This document shows, piece by piece, positions 10,002-19,742 of a DNA stretch of 64,000 nucleotides. Position numbers and translations under genes: made by a program. The notes under the pieces were generated by a model, which did not search any database, was not told the origin of the DNA, and was given only the letters and a program-made list of their open reading frames with translations. Each line of letters opens with the position of its first letter. Within the stretch, counting starts at the first letter, position 1. Source of the stretch: an uncultured Verrucomicrobiae bacterium (GTDB taxonomy: Bacteria; Verrucomicrobiota; Verrucomicrobiia; Limisphaerales; Palsa-1400); the NCBI GenBank assembly GCA_963707025.1, contig CAVPOM010000018.1, forward strand, positions 352,001 to 416,000, in the 5' to 3' direction.

Positions 10002-10232
10002 GCACAGGCGCCGCGTGCAAACGGCCGCCGCCGCATCCTGCCAAAGTTTTTTAAACATGAAACATCAAACATCAGGGCCGGCGCACTTATTATGTCTCAG
10101 GGGGAGCGCACGCGCCCCGCGTGCGGCGGGCCGCGCCCTCGCGACCCGCATCAGAGCACCGTCAATTTGGAGGCGCCCTCCAACATCAACCACCCAACCT
10201 TTGCCCTGGCCCCATCCGCGTCGGTACCGTCC

Positions 10233-10940
10233 TCAGGGATTCACCCGCGGCGCCGGCGCTTTTTTGAAGGCGGTCTCGCGCAGGTAAATCGGCTCCAGGG
10301 TTTCGCCCGGCGCAAAATCGCCCCGCCCGCAGGCCAGCCGGCCCAGCATGGCGGCCTCGGGATACAGATCCTTCCCGCCGCCAAACCAGCGGCTGATCTC
10401 CGGCCCGAGCAAAGCCTGGCCCGACCCGGCCAGCGCCTGGATCTCCGCCATCGCCGCCAGGCGCAGCGCTTCCGCTTCGCGCCACCCGCCTTCCTCGATT
10501 TGATAACGCGCCAGGTAAAACTCATTCCGCTGTGCGTCAACAATAATATTCACCCGGCCGCGCCGGCCCTCCGCCCGGGCCTGGCCCGCCAGGCATTCCA
10601 CGCTGCTCACCCCCAGCAGCTTGATGCCCCGGCCCAACTGCCAGCCTTGGGCCAGCGCGATGGCCCCGCGGATTCCCGTGTAGGAACCCGGCCCCAGCCC
10701 CACCGCCAGCGCGCCGATCTCCTCCCGCCCGCACTGCGCCTCCGCCAGCGCCTGCTCCACCAGTCCAAGGCTGCGGCGGGATGGAATTGGAGAAGGTTGA
10801 CCGGGGCCTGGCGCCTGATCCGCCCGGGGCTGCGGCGGCTCCAGCGCGCTGCCCAGCAAGGCGGGGGCGGTGTCGCCGCCGCCTTCCCACACCGCCACGC
10901 TGCGTTGCGCCGAGGAAAACTCAACCGCCAAAATCTTCAT
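10233..10940 (-). CDS. tsaB: tRNA t6A biosynthesis protein TsaB
   Basis: MKILAVEFSS, VGLGPGSYTGIR, VDAQRNEFY, EPIYLR; follows tsaE. Confidence 0.92.
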   Translation of the reverse strand: MKILAVEFSSAQRSVAVWEGGGDTAPALLGSALEPPQPRADQAPGPGQPSPIPSRRSLGLVEQALAEAQCGREEIGALAVGLGPGSYTGIRGAIALAQGWQLGRGIKLLGVSSVECLAGQARAEGRRGRVNIIVDAQRNEFYLARYQIEEGGWREAEALRLAAMAEIQALAGSGQALLGPEISRWFGGGKDLYPEAAMLGRLACGRGDFAPGETLEPIYLRETAFKKAPAPRVNP

Positions 10941-11367
10941 AGCAAATCTCGCGGTCCGTTTCGCCCAGGATGTTGAGTTGCGCGCGGCGAAACCGGCCCG
11001 GCCCAAGCCAGGGCGCGCCGGCGCCGTCGTGCCATCGTTCCACCCATTCCACCACCGTGACACCGTGGGGCCGGACCAGATACGGCTCCAGGCCGGCGGC
11101 GATGATTTGTTCGCGCGTGTCCAGGCGGAAGAGGTCCACATGGAACAGCGGCAGGCGGCCGCCGGGATATTCATGCACCAGCGCATAAGTGGGCGAGATG
11201 ACGCGCGCGCCCGCCTGCAAGCCGCGGGCCAGCCCCTTGACCAACTGCGTTTTGCCCGCGCCCAAGCCGCCGCTCAGGCCGATCATCCAGCCGCGGCCGC
11301 ACTCGCGGCCCCAGCCTTCGCCCAGCGCTTCGGTCTGGGACGGGCTATGTGAAATGAACGTAACCAT
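10921..11367 (-). CDS. tsaE: tRNA t6A ATPase TsaE
   Basis: GGLGAGKT, SPTYALVHEY, HVDLFRL, VVEW. Confidence 0.93.
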   Translation of the reverse strand: MVTFISHSPSQTEALGEGWGRECGRGWMIGLSGGLGAGKTQLVKGLARGLQAGARVISPTYALVHEYPGGRLPLFHVDLFRLDTREQIIAAGLEPYLVRPHGVTVVEWVERWHDGAGAPWLGPGRFRRAQLNILGETDREICYEDFGG

Positions 11368-12277
11368 GAGCTTCGAGGGCGCGAAGGCCATTTTCGTCGC
11401 GCAATTTCACGCCGGGCGCGGCCGTCATTTTGCCGATGCAACTGAGGCGGACTTTGGGAAACTGTTGGCGCCAGGCGTCCGCCAGCGGCACGGCGTCGCG
11501 GCCGGCCACGGTGAAGAGCAGTTCATAATCTTCTCCGTCGGTCAGGGCGGCGGCCAGGGGCGGCTTGGCCGGCGCGCCCGTTCTGGCCCGCTGGCGCGCG
11601 GCGCGGCTGATGGGGATGCTGCGCGCGAGCAGCTCCGCTCCCACCTGGCTGCGCTCCATCAGATGGCGCAAGTCCCCCGCCAGGCCGTCGCTCAGATCAA
11701 TCATGGCATGAATGGAAAAATGCTCCGCCAGCCAGCGCCCTTCCGCCAGGCGCGGCTCGAATTCCAAATGCTTTCCCCCCAGTGCGCCGCCCAGTTCCCC
11801 GGTGACAAAGAGCGCGTCCCCGTCCTTGGCCCCGGAACGCAGCACGCATTTGTCGCGCGCCACCTCGCCCAGCAGCGCGACGGAGATGAGCAGCCGCTCC
11901 GGATTGGAGGTGGTTTCCCCGCCGACGATGGCCACGCCGTGGCGGCGGGCCAGCGCGTTCATGCCGGCGTAAATTCTTTGGATGAATCCCGGATCAAAGC
12001 CCTTGGGCAGGGCCAGCGTCACCAGCGCCGCCAGGGGTCGGCCCGCCATCGCCGCAATATCGCTCAGGGGCCGTCCCAGCGCCTTGTGGCCGATGCTCTC
12101 CGGTTCCGCCGCGGGCAAAAAATGGATCCCTTCGACCACGGCGTCCGTCTTGAACAGCAGGGCGTGTCCCGCCCGGCCGCCATCCAGCACGGCGCAATCG
12201 TCCCCCGGTCCCGCGATCACCCCGGCATGGGAGGGCAGCGAGGCGCTCAGGCTGGCGATGAGTTCAAATTCATTCAT
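11345..12277 (-). CDS. thiL: Thiamine-monophosphate kinase
   Basis: MNEFELI, GPGDDCAV, LSDIAAMAG, IVGGET, MIDLSDGL, DGEDYELLFT. Confidence 0.93.
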   Translation of the reverse strand: MNEFELIASLSASLPSHAGVIAGPGDDCAVLDGGRAGHALLFKTDAVVEGIHFLPAAEPESIGHKALGRPLSDIAAMAGRPLAALVTLALPKGFDPGFIQRIYAGMNALARRHGVAIVGGETTSNPERLLISVALLGEVARDKCVLRSGAKDGDALFVTGELGGALGGKHLEFEPRLAEGRWLAEHFSIHAMIDLSDGLAGDLRHLMERSQVGAELLARSIPISRAARQRARTGAPAKPPLAAALTDGEDYELLFTVAGRDAVPLADAWRQQFPKVRLSCIGKMTAAPGVKLRDENGLRALEAHGYVHFT

Positions 12278-13005
12278 TTGACAAGATTTGCGCCGGGCAG
12301 GATCGGCGTCATCATGAGCATGGTAAAACTGGTCAAGTTGAAGAAGCTGTGGGCGGTAATGGACGCCCATAAACTGCCGGTCTTTTCATAGACATAAATC
12401 AGGAGAAGCGACAAAACGGTCAGAGGCACGAAGGCGATCAGGTTGAAGTGGACTGCGCCAAAGAACAACGACGTGGCCCACCAGGCGGTCCGCGGCCAGC
12501 CCGCCTGTTTGATGGTTGGATAAAGTATCCCGCGGAAGATCATTTCCTCCGCCAAGGGCGCGATGAACACAGCCAGCACCCCTGCAACCGCCTTTTCCAC
12601 CAGAGGCATATCAGTCTTCTGCAACTCCTCCACCAGCGGCTGGGCTTGGGGATTTTCCAGCAGGAGTTGCGACAATTCCATCCACACGACCTCCCACGGG
12701 ATGAACATCAACCCCGCCAGCATTCCCAACACAACCGCCCCGGGTTGCCGCGCCTTCGCCAGGCCGAACGCGTCGCTCCAAGACAGGCGGCTCGCGCGCA
12801 GAAAAAATCCGACAAAGACGAGGATTGCGCCATCGAGAAAAACCGAACCCAGCGCCATCTTGGCGAATTGCCGATGTTCGGCAGACAGCTTGATCTTTTC
12901 ACTGTCCAGCACGATGCCCAAAAATTGCGCGAAACAGATGGCCGCCAGGATGCCCAGGCCCAGGCAGGCGACCATTTCAATTCTCCACGGCTTCTCAGAA
13001 ATCAC
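12274..13005 (-). CDS. CPBP (CAAX/Abi) family intramembrane metalloprotease
   Basis: APLAEEMIFRG, FFGAVH, SITAHSFFN. Confidence 0.9.
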   Translation of the reverse strand: MISEKPWRIEMVACLGLGILAAICFAQFLGIVLDSEKIKLSAEHRQFAKMALGSVFLDGAILVFVGFFLRASRLSWSDAFGLAKARQPGAVVLGMLAGLMFIPWEVVWMELSQLLLENPQAQPLVEELQKTDMPLVEKAVAGVLAVFIAPLAEEMIFRGILYPTIKQAGWPRTAWWATSLFFGAVHFNLIAFVPLTVLSLLLIYVYEKTGSLWASITAHSFFNLTSFTMLMMTPILPGANLVK

Positions 13006-13359
13006 CGGCCAAGGCTAAAGTTCCGGCGGCAAAGTTCAAGGTTCAAAGTGGGCGCCCATGGCAGCGGGCGCGTTGCACTTGTTTTGGCGCTTCTCTGACT
13101 CGGTCAGGGTTGAAGCGATTCAAACGATTGAAAACTGGTCATTGGGAATTGCCCACTCATTGAGAATGAGCCGTTTGCCGGGGGCAGGAGAGCGCCGGGC
13201 GATGGCGGGCCAATCTCGGCGACGCCAAAGGATGGGGACAAAATTATTGTGAAATGATTCTCTGCGGCCCGCCTTTGCGCCGCAACCGCCGCCGCATCCA
13301 GAGGAAAACCCGCCTTCGCGGGGAACGGTCCCGACTCCATGCTGGCGGCTGCGGGCGGG

Positions 13360-13524
13360 TTAAAATTCCGGTTCCGTGGTCCAGTCGTTCAGCCGGATGA
13401 TTTCCTTCACCTTGCGGCGTTCGTAGCGGTGTTTTTGGGCCTTGGCCGGCCGTTGCTCGGTCTGGCGGAAGGCGTGTTTCGTGTTGCGGATGGCTTCGTG
13501 AATCAAGTCCAGCGTTTTAGTCAT
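13360..13524 (-). CDS. Small basic hypothetical protein (54 aa)
   Basis: MTKTLDLIHEAIRNTKHAFRQTEQRPAKAQKHRYERRKVKEIIRL; protein-like composition, follows prmA. Confidence 0.6.
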   Translation of the reverse strand: MTKTLDLIHEAIRNTKHAFRQTEQRPAKAQKHRYERRKVKEIIRLNDWTTEPEF

Positions 13525-14518
13525 ACAGCGTTTTTTTTTTGACCACATCGCTATTGACAACAACAGGCGATGCTCTTCTCAATCTGGCCAAAATAAAACA
13601 GCACTCTGCCCTTTCCCCGCGCCGCTTCACTGCGTATCTGCTCAAACAAACAGGACATTCAAATCGTCCTGAATGCCACTCTTCTTTTACTTCATTTCCA
13701 GCCAATGTCAACCCGAAATTTACAAATTTGTTTTGAATTTGGCAAAATTCGGTTCGGAGAATGCCCGCCACGATGAGTTGCCCGCCCGGTTTGAGGCGGG
13801 CGCAGATCTTCTCCGCCTGGCTGGCCAGCACATCGGCCGTCAGATTGGCGCAAATCACATCCCAGCGCCGCCGGCTGCGCGCGGGCAGCCGGGTCAGATC
13901 CTGCCGGCGGGGCCGGACGCGGTCTTGCACGCGGTTGCGGCGGGCATTGGCGCGGCTGACCCGGATGGCTTCGGGATCGAAATCAAAGGCCCGGATGGGC
14001 GCGTAGCCCAGTTTGGCGGCGGCGATGGCGAGGATGCCGCTTCCGGCGCCGATGTCCAAAAAGGACTGGCCGAGGCCGTGGCGGCGGCAGGCGGCCAATT
14101 GTTCGAGGCAAAAGGCAGTGGTGGCGTGATGGCCGGTGCCAAAACTCAGCCCGGGGTCCAGCCGCACCACCCGCTGGCCCGGACGCGGACGGCGCCGGCT
14201 CCAGCCCGGTTTGATGAGCAAGGCATGGCCAATTTCCATCGGCTTGAAATGGCGCTTCCAGGACTCCGCCCAATTCTGGCGCGGCAATTTCCGGATGAGG
14301 AGACCGGCCCGGCCCGGCCACAGCCGGCGCAACGCGCGCCTCAGCCCGGCCCGCGCCTGGGGGGGCGTCGGCCGCAAGGAGGATGGGTAGATGGTGACGG
14401 TCTGCCTGCCGGTGCGGGCGTCGTGATAAACCGCGGCGGAGACGTGAAAGGTTTCCTCCAACCAGCCGACGACCGCCTCTTCCCGTGCGGCGGAGGTGGT
14501 GATGGAGACTTGCCACAT
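13517..14518 (-). CDS. prmA: Ribosomal protein L11 methyltransferase
   Basis: NWAESWKRHFKP, LDPGLSFGTGHHATT, LDIGAGSGILAI, ANL; unusually long C-terminal tail. Confidence 0.9.
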   Translation of the reverse strand: MWQVSITTSAAREEAVVGWLEETFHVSAAVYHDARTGRQTVTIYPSSLRPTPPQARAGLRRALRRLWPGRAGLLIRKLPRQNWAESWKRHFKPMEIGHALLIKPGWSRRRPRPGQRVVRLDPGLSFGTGHHATTAFCLEQLAACRRHGLGQSFLDIGAGSGILAIAAAKLGYAPIRAFDFDPEAIRVSRANARRNRVQDRVRPRRQDLTRLPARSRRRWDVICANLTADVLASQAEKICARLKPGGQLIVAGILRTEFCQIQNKFVNFGLTLAGNEVKEEWHSGRFECPVCLSRYAVKRRGERAECCFILARLRRASPVVVNSDVVKKKTLYD

Positions 14519-14560
14519 GGGTTCGCCCTCCGGCGGCGCGCCACGGCCCGGCCGCGCCGC

Positions 14561-15040
14561 CTAACCAAGCTTGGTCAGCGTTTGCCGGACCGCGTCAAAA
14601 TTCGGCAATTCCTTGGGCGAGGCCGTTTGCTCGGCGTATTGCACGACGCCATGCTTGTCAATTACAAAAGCGGCGCGGGCGGCGGTGTCCCCGATCCCGG
14701 CCAGGTTGGGGAAAACCACGTCGTAATCCTTGATCGTCTTCTTGTTCAAATCGCTGGCCAGCGGGATGCCGATTTTTTCCTGTTTGGCCCAGACTTCCTG
14801 GGCGAAGGGGGTGTCAATGCTGATGCCGATGACGGCGGCATTGAGCCGGGCATACTGGCCCAGACCGGCGCTGATCTCGCACATTTCCTGCGTGCAAACC
14901 CCGGTGAAGGCCGCCGGGAAAAAAAGCAGGACGGTGTTCTTCTTGCCGAAATTGTTGCTCAGTTTGACATCCACCAGTCCGGTGGCGGTTTTGGATTTAA
15001 GCGTGAAGTCCGGGGCTTTGGAACCGACTTTGATAGGCAT
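14561..15040 (-). CDS. Peroxiredoxin (AhpC/TSA, AhpE-like)
   Basis: APDFTL, FFPAAFTGVCTQEMC, LASD, RAAFVID. Confidence 0.9.
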   Translation of the reverse strand: MPIKVGSKAPDFTLKSKTATGLVDVKLSNNFGKKNTVLLFFPAAFTGVCTQEMCEISAGLGQYARLNAAVIGISIDTPFAQEVWAKQEKIGIPLASDLNKKTIKDYDVVFPNLAGIGDTAARAAFVIDKHGVVQYAEQTASPKELPNFDAVRQTLTKLG

Positions 15041-15230
15041 ACAATTATTGTTTGAGTTTACTGGTTACCCTTTCAAAGGTCTTATACGTCGCGCCTCGGG
15101 ACGTGTCAAACAGGATTTTCCGCTCCATCCCGGGCCGCTTTTTTTTCTTGTTTCCCCAGGGTCGCCGCCTACGATGGCAGGGAAAGTTTGCGGAAAATGT
15201 TTTTCACAGCAGCCAGGTTGCAACAATTCT

Positions 15231-16520
15231 ATGGATTTGAAACTGCCTCCGCTCGGAGAAGGTGCTGACTCAGGCAATGTCGTGAGCATCCTGGTCAAAG
15301 AGGGCGATGCCATCGCCAAAGGCCAGGGCCTCATTGAACTGGAAACCGGCAAGGCCGTCGCCCCGGTGCCCGCCTCCGCCTCCGGCATGGTGACAAAGAT
15401 CATCGTGGCGGTGGGCGACAAAATCTCCGTCGGCCAGCCGATTCTTTCCATTGACGCCACCGCCACCGCCACCGCGCCAGGAACCGCGCCCGCCGCCAAA
15501 CCGGCCCCGGCCAGAGCGCCCCACCCCGGGCGCCACCCCGCCGCCGCCCCGCCTCCGCCCGCGGACCAGGACGCCGAACCGCCGCCGGCAGGCCCGGAAA
15601 CGTCCGCCGGCCCGCCGCCGGCCGCTTCGCCATCCCTCCGCCGCATGGCGCGCGAATTGGGCATTGATCTGAGGAAGATTCGCGGCAGCCAATCGGGCGG
15701 ACGAATTGTCCTTGGGGATGTGCGGGCTTACATTGAGCGGCTGCAACGGCTCGCCGCCCAACCCCGCACCGCTGCCGGCGCGCCCGTCCAACCGGCCCCT
15801 GAACCCATTGATTTTTCCAAATGGGGACCCATCGCCAAGCGTCCCCTCACCCCATTGCGCAAGGTGATTGCCGGGCGGCTGGCGCAAAGCTGGCACACCG
15901 TTCCGCGCGTCACCCAGTTTGACCAGGCCGACATCACCGCCCTGAACGAATTGCGCAAAAATCACTCCCAGGCCTACGAACAACAGGGGGCGCGCCTGAC
16001 CCTGACCTCCTTCGCCCTGAAAATTGTGGCCGGGGCGCTGAAAAAGCATCCCATTTTCAACAGCAGCCTGGATGAAGCCGCCGGCGAACTGGTCTGGAAG
16101 GAATACTTTCACATCGGCCTGGCGGTGGACACCGATCAGGGCCTGATCGTCCCGGTGCTGCGCGACGTGGACAAGAAGAACCTGCTCTCGCTCTCCAGGG
16201 AATTGAATGACTTGGCGGCGAAAACCCGCGACCGCAAAGTGTCGTTGGAAGAATTGCAGGGCGGTTCCTTCACCATTTCCAATCAGGGCGGCATTGGCGG
16301 CGGCCATTTCACACCGATTATCAACCACCCGGAAGTCGCCATTCTCGGCCTGGGCCGCGCCGCCCTGCAACCGGTCGTGCGCGCGGGCAAAATCGAGCCG
16401 CGCCTCATGCTGCCCCTGACCCTGGCCTACGATCATCGGGTGATTGACGGCGGCGCGGCCGTCCGCTTCCTGCTCGAGATTGTGCAAGGCTTTGAAGAAT
16501 TTGACGAGAAGGGAATTTAA
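15231..16520 (+). CDS. aceF: Dihydrolipoamide acetyltransferase E2 of pyruvate dehydrogenase
   Basis: Lipoyl domain (ELETGKA), Pro/Ala linker, ASPSLRRMARELGIDL, DHRVIDG; followed by lpdA. Confidence 0.9.
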   Translation: MDLKLPPLGEGADSGNVVSILVKEGDAIAKGQGLIELETGKAVAPVPASASGMVTKIIVAVGDKISVGQPILSIDATATATAPGTAPAAKPAPARAPHPGRHPAAAPPPPADQDAEPPPAGPETSAGPPPAASPSLRRMARELGIDLRKIRGSQSGGRIVLGDVRAYIERLQRLAAQPRTAAGAPVQPAPEPIDFSKWGPIAKRPLTPLRKVIAGRLAQSWHTVPRVTQFDQADITALNELRKNHSQAYEQQGARLTLTSFALKIVAGALKKHPIFNSSLDEAAGELVWKEYFHIGLAVDTDQGLIVPVLRDVDKKNLLSLSRELNDLAAKTRDRKVSLEELQGGSFTISNQGGIGGGHFTPIINHPEVAILGLGRAALQPVVRAGKIEPRLMLPLTLAYDHRVIDGGAAVRFLLEIVQGFEEFDEKGI

Positions 16521-16549
16521 TCCCATCACTCCACCACCCCACCACTCCC

Positions 16550-17992
16550 ATGGAACCGATCAACACGGAAATTGTCGTGCTGGGCGCCGGCCCCGGCGGT
16601 TATGCCGCGGCCTTTTACGCCGCCGACCTTGGCAAAAAAGTGCTGCTCGTCGAGCAGGATAAAAAACTGGGCGGCGTCTGCCTCAACCGCGGTTGCATTC
16701 CGTCCAAAGCCCTGCTCCACGCCGCCAAGATGATTGTCGAGGCGCGCGAATCCGCCCATCGCGGCATCACCTTCGGCCCGCCCCAGATTGAACTGGACAA
16801 ATTGCGCGCCTGGAAAAACGCCGTCGTCGAAAAACTGGCCGGCGGCGTTTCCTTCCTCGCCCGCAAGCGCGGCGTCCAGGTCGTGACCGGGCGCGGCTAT
16901 TTTGAAAACTCGCAAACCCTCCGCATCGAAACAGCCGAAGGCCAGCAATTCGTCAATTTTGAAAAAGCCATCGTGGCCGTCGGCTCCAACGCCGCCCTGC
17001 CCAAGGCCTTCGACCTGGGCAATCCGCGCGTCATGACTTCCACCGAGGCCCTGGAAGTCGAGGAAGTCCCGGAGGATTTGCTCGTGGTGGGCGGCGGCTA
17101 CATCGGCATGGAATTGGGCAGCGTCTATGCCAACCTCGGCAGCAAAGTCGTGGTCGTCGAACTGCTCGACACCATCCTCAGCGGCGCCGACCCCGACCTG
17201 GTGCGGCCCGTTTTGAAATGCGCCCAGGCCAGTTTCCGCGAACTGCGCTTTAAAACCAAGGTCACGAAAATGGCGACCAAAGGCAAAAAAATCCTCGCCG
17301 TCACCGAAGGCCCGGACAAAACGCCCCGGGAGGAACTCTACGACCGCGTGCTCGTCTCCGTCGGGCGCGTGCCCCGCTGCCGCGACCTGGGTTTGGAAAA
17401 CACCAAAGTGGAGCAGGACGACCGCGGCTTCATCAAAGTCAACGACCGCCAGGAAACCGCCGACCCCGCCATTCTGGCCATCGGCGACATCGCCGGCGGC
17501 GTCCTGCTGGCCCACAAGGCGACCAAGGAAGGCCGCATCGCCGTCGAAACCATCGCGGGCGAAGCCAGCACCTCCGCCGGCGTCATCATCCCCGCCGTGG
17601 TCTTCACCGATCCCGAAGTGGCCTGGTGCGGCTTGACCGAGGCCGAAGCCAAGGACCGGGGCATCGCCGTCGAAGTCGCCAAATTCCCCTGGACCGCCTC
17701 CGGTCGCGCCCTGACTTTTGACCACCCCGGCGGCCTGACCAAATTAATTATTGACGCGGAGACCGAGCGCGTGCTGGGCGTCGGCATTGTCGGTTATGGC
17801 GCGGGCGAATTGATTGCCGAAGGCGTCGTCATCGTGGAAATGGGCGGCAGCGCGCGCGACCTGGCCGAATGCGTCCATCCCCATCCCACTTTGTCCGAGA
17901 CGATCATGGAAGCCGCCGAAGCCTTCTACGGCTACGCCACCCACACCTTTTCCCCAAAAAAACCGGAAGAGCAGGGCCATCACGGGTCATAA
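16550..17992 (+). CDS. lpdA: Dihydrolipoyl dehydrogenase E3
   Basis: GAGPGGY, GGVCLNRGCIPSK, GGGYIGME, HPHPTLSE. Confidence 0.96.
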   Translation: MEPINTEIVVLGAGPGGYAAAFYAADLGKKVLLVEQDKKLGGVCLNRGCIPSKALLHAAKMIVEARESAHRGITFGPPQIELDKLRAWKNAVVEKLAGGVSFLARKRGVQVVTGRGYFENSQTLRIETAEGQQFVNFEKAIVAVGSNAALPKAFDLGNPRVMTSTEALEVEEVPEDLLVVGGGYIGMELGSVYANLGSKVVVVELLDTILSGADPDLVRPVLKCAQASFRELRFKTKVTKMATKGKKILAVTEGPDKTPREELYDRVLVSVGRVPRCRDLGLENTKVEQDDRGFIKVNDRQETADPAILAIGDIAGGVLLAHKATKEGRIAVETIAGEASTSAGVIIPAVVFTDPEVAWCGLTEAEAKDRGIAVEVAKFPWTASGRALTFDHPGGLTKLIIDAETERVLGVGIVGYGAGELIAEGVVIVEMGGSARDLAECVHPHPTLSETIMEAAEAFYGYATHTFSPKKPEEQGHHGS

Positions 17993-18129
17993 TCCAACTG
18001 GCGCGCCTTGAATCATGACCCCAAGCGGTGGAGGAGGACCGTGCCAATTTGGCCGGCGTTTGTAATTGACATGAAAGTGTTTTGCTTTAAGCTCGCCCCA
18101 AACAGCCCAATCGGCCAACTATCTATTAT

Positions 18130-18972
18130 ATGCGCGCCAAATCCCTGGCCACTCTCATCGGGGTCGCCATCATTATTTTCGTGGTGGTTATCCTGGCCTC
18201 CACCGGAACCTATGTCGTCGATCCCGGCAGCCGCGGGGTGGAGGTGACCCTGGGCAAGGTCTCGCCCGTCTTTAAGCCGGAAGGCTTCGGCTACAAAACG
18301 CCGTTGATCACCAGCATCGTTCCCGTCACTGTCCGCCAGCAAACCAAGGAACTCCAGGCCGAGTGTTACTCCTCCGATTTGCAGCAGGTCAAGACCGAAT
18401 TGCGCGTGCTCTATCGCGTCCCGGAAAGCTCGGTGGTCAAGATTTACCAGGATTTCGCGGGCGACCCCTTCGACAGCCTGATCGCCCCCCGGGTGCAGGA
18501 GGCCTTGAAGGAGGTCACGGCCATGCAAACCGCCGAGCAAATTGTCAAAAACCGCGAGGAGGTCAAATCCAAAACCCTGGCCGCGGTGCGGACCAAGGTG
18601 GGCACGCTCCTGGTGGTCGAAGACGTCGTCATACAGAACATAGACTTGACGAAGGAATTGGAGGCCGCCATCGAAGCCAAGATGGTGCAGGAACAGGAGG
18701 CGGCCAAGGCCAAGTTCACGCAGCAGAAGGCGGAAATCGAAGCGGCCACCGTCATCATCAAGGCCAAGGGCGATGCCGAATCCATTCGCATCCGCGGCGA
18801 GGCGCTCAAGGCCGACCCCACCTTCATTGATCTGCAGATTGTCGAAAAATGGGACGGCAAGGCCCCGCTGGTCATCGGCAGCGGGGGCGAGGGCGCCAAC
18901 ATGCTCCTGCCGCTGACCGATTTGCAAAAGTTGCGCAGCACGGCCACGGCGCCGGCGCCGGCGCCGCGCTGA
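18130..18972 (+). CDS. SPFH/prohibitin family membrane protein
   Basis: N-terminal TM, VVDPGSRGV, coiled AIEAK..EQEA..A region, KWDGK.P end. Confidence 0.9.
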   Translation: MRAKSLATLIGVAIIIFVVVILASTGTYVVDPGSRGVEVTLGKVSPVFKPEGFGYKTPLITSIVPVTVRQQTKELQAECYSSDLQQVKTELRVLYRVPESSVVKIYQDFAGDPFDSLIAPRVQEALKEVTAMQTAEQIVKNREEVKSKTLAAVRTKVGTLLVVEDVVIQNIDLTKELEAAIEAKMVQEQEAAKAKFTQQKAEIEAATVIIKAKGDAESIRIRGEALKADPTFIDLQIVEKWDGKAPLVIGSGGEGANMLLPLTDLQKLRSTATAPAPAPR

Positions 18973-18981
18973 TTTGCCGCC

Positions 18982-19179
18982 ATGAAACGCTGGCTCATCG
19001 TGCTGCTGAAAATGGCTGTGTTGCTGGGCGTGCTGGCCGGGTTGGTCCTCCTTTTTCCCGGGGCGATGAAATTTGTCGAAATGGCGGCGCGCGAACTGCG
19101 CTATTTTTGGTGGGTGATTTTTCTGCTGGCCCTGGCCGCCTGGCTGATCTGGGGGTTGGGCGGGAAAAAAAAGGAATAA
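18982..19179 (+). CDS. Small two-TM membrane protein
   Basis: 65 aa, two hydrophobic helices, 9 nt after the SPFH gene. Confidence 0.7.
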   Translation: MKRWLIVLLKMAVLLGVLAGLVLLFPGAMKFVEMAARELRYFWWVIFLLALAAWLIWGLGGKKKE

Positions 19180-19268
19180 GCCCGCAGGAAAATGCTGGCG
19201 CAAAACCGGCCGCCCTGTTACCCTTGCCGCAATCAATTCATCCATGAATTGAGGCAGCCGATCTGTTT

Positions 19269-19742
19269 ATGCCAAAAGTCAAAGAACTTTATGTGAACGG
19301 CAAAACCGTTCCGGTGAATGTGGACGGCGAACGCTCCCTGTTGAGCGTCCTGCGCGACGATCTCGACCTAACCGGCAGCAAATACGGCTGCGGCGAAGGC
19401 CAATGCGGCGCCTGCACCGTGCTGCTCGACGGCAACCCCGTCCGCTCCTGCCGCACCACCGCCGCCGAAGCCGGCAAACGCAAAATCACCACCATCGAAA
19501 GCCTGGAAAAGGACGGCCAGTTGCACCCGTTGCAGGAGGCTTTTCTCAAACACGACGCCATGCAGTGCGGCTATTGCACCTCCGGCATGATCATGTCCGG
19601 CTACGCCTTGCTCCAGAAAAGCCGCGATCCCTCGGAAGCTGAAATCATCCGTTCCATGACCGGCAACATCTGCCGCTGCGGCGTTTACCAACGCATCATG
19701 GCGGCCATCAAGGACGGCGCCAAAGCGCTGCAAAACAAATGA
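19269..19742 (+). CDS. (2Fe-2S) small subunit of xanthine-oxidase-family molybdoenzyme (CoxS/IorA-like)
   Basis: GCGEGQCGACTV, QCGYCTSG, GNICRCG. Confidence 0.95.
   Translation: MPKVKELYVNGKTVPVNVDGERSLLSVLRDDLDLTGSKYGCGEGQCGACTVLLDGNPVRSCRTTAAEAGKRKITTIESLEKDGQLHPLQEAFLKHDAMQCGYCTSGMIMSGYALLQKSRDPSEAEIIRSMTGNICRCGVYQRIMAAIKDGAKALQNK

Noticed and set aside
8580..10976. 798-aa plus-strand ORF and similar long overlapping ORFs (24502-26373, 28032-29831, 48348-50153, 61621-63078)
   Set aside because: Antisense shadows of well-supported genes in GC-rich DNA; no motifs.
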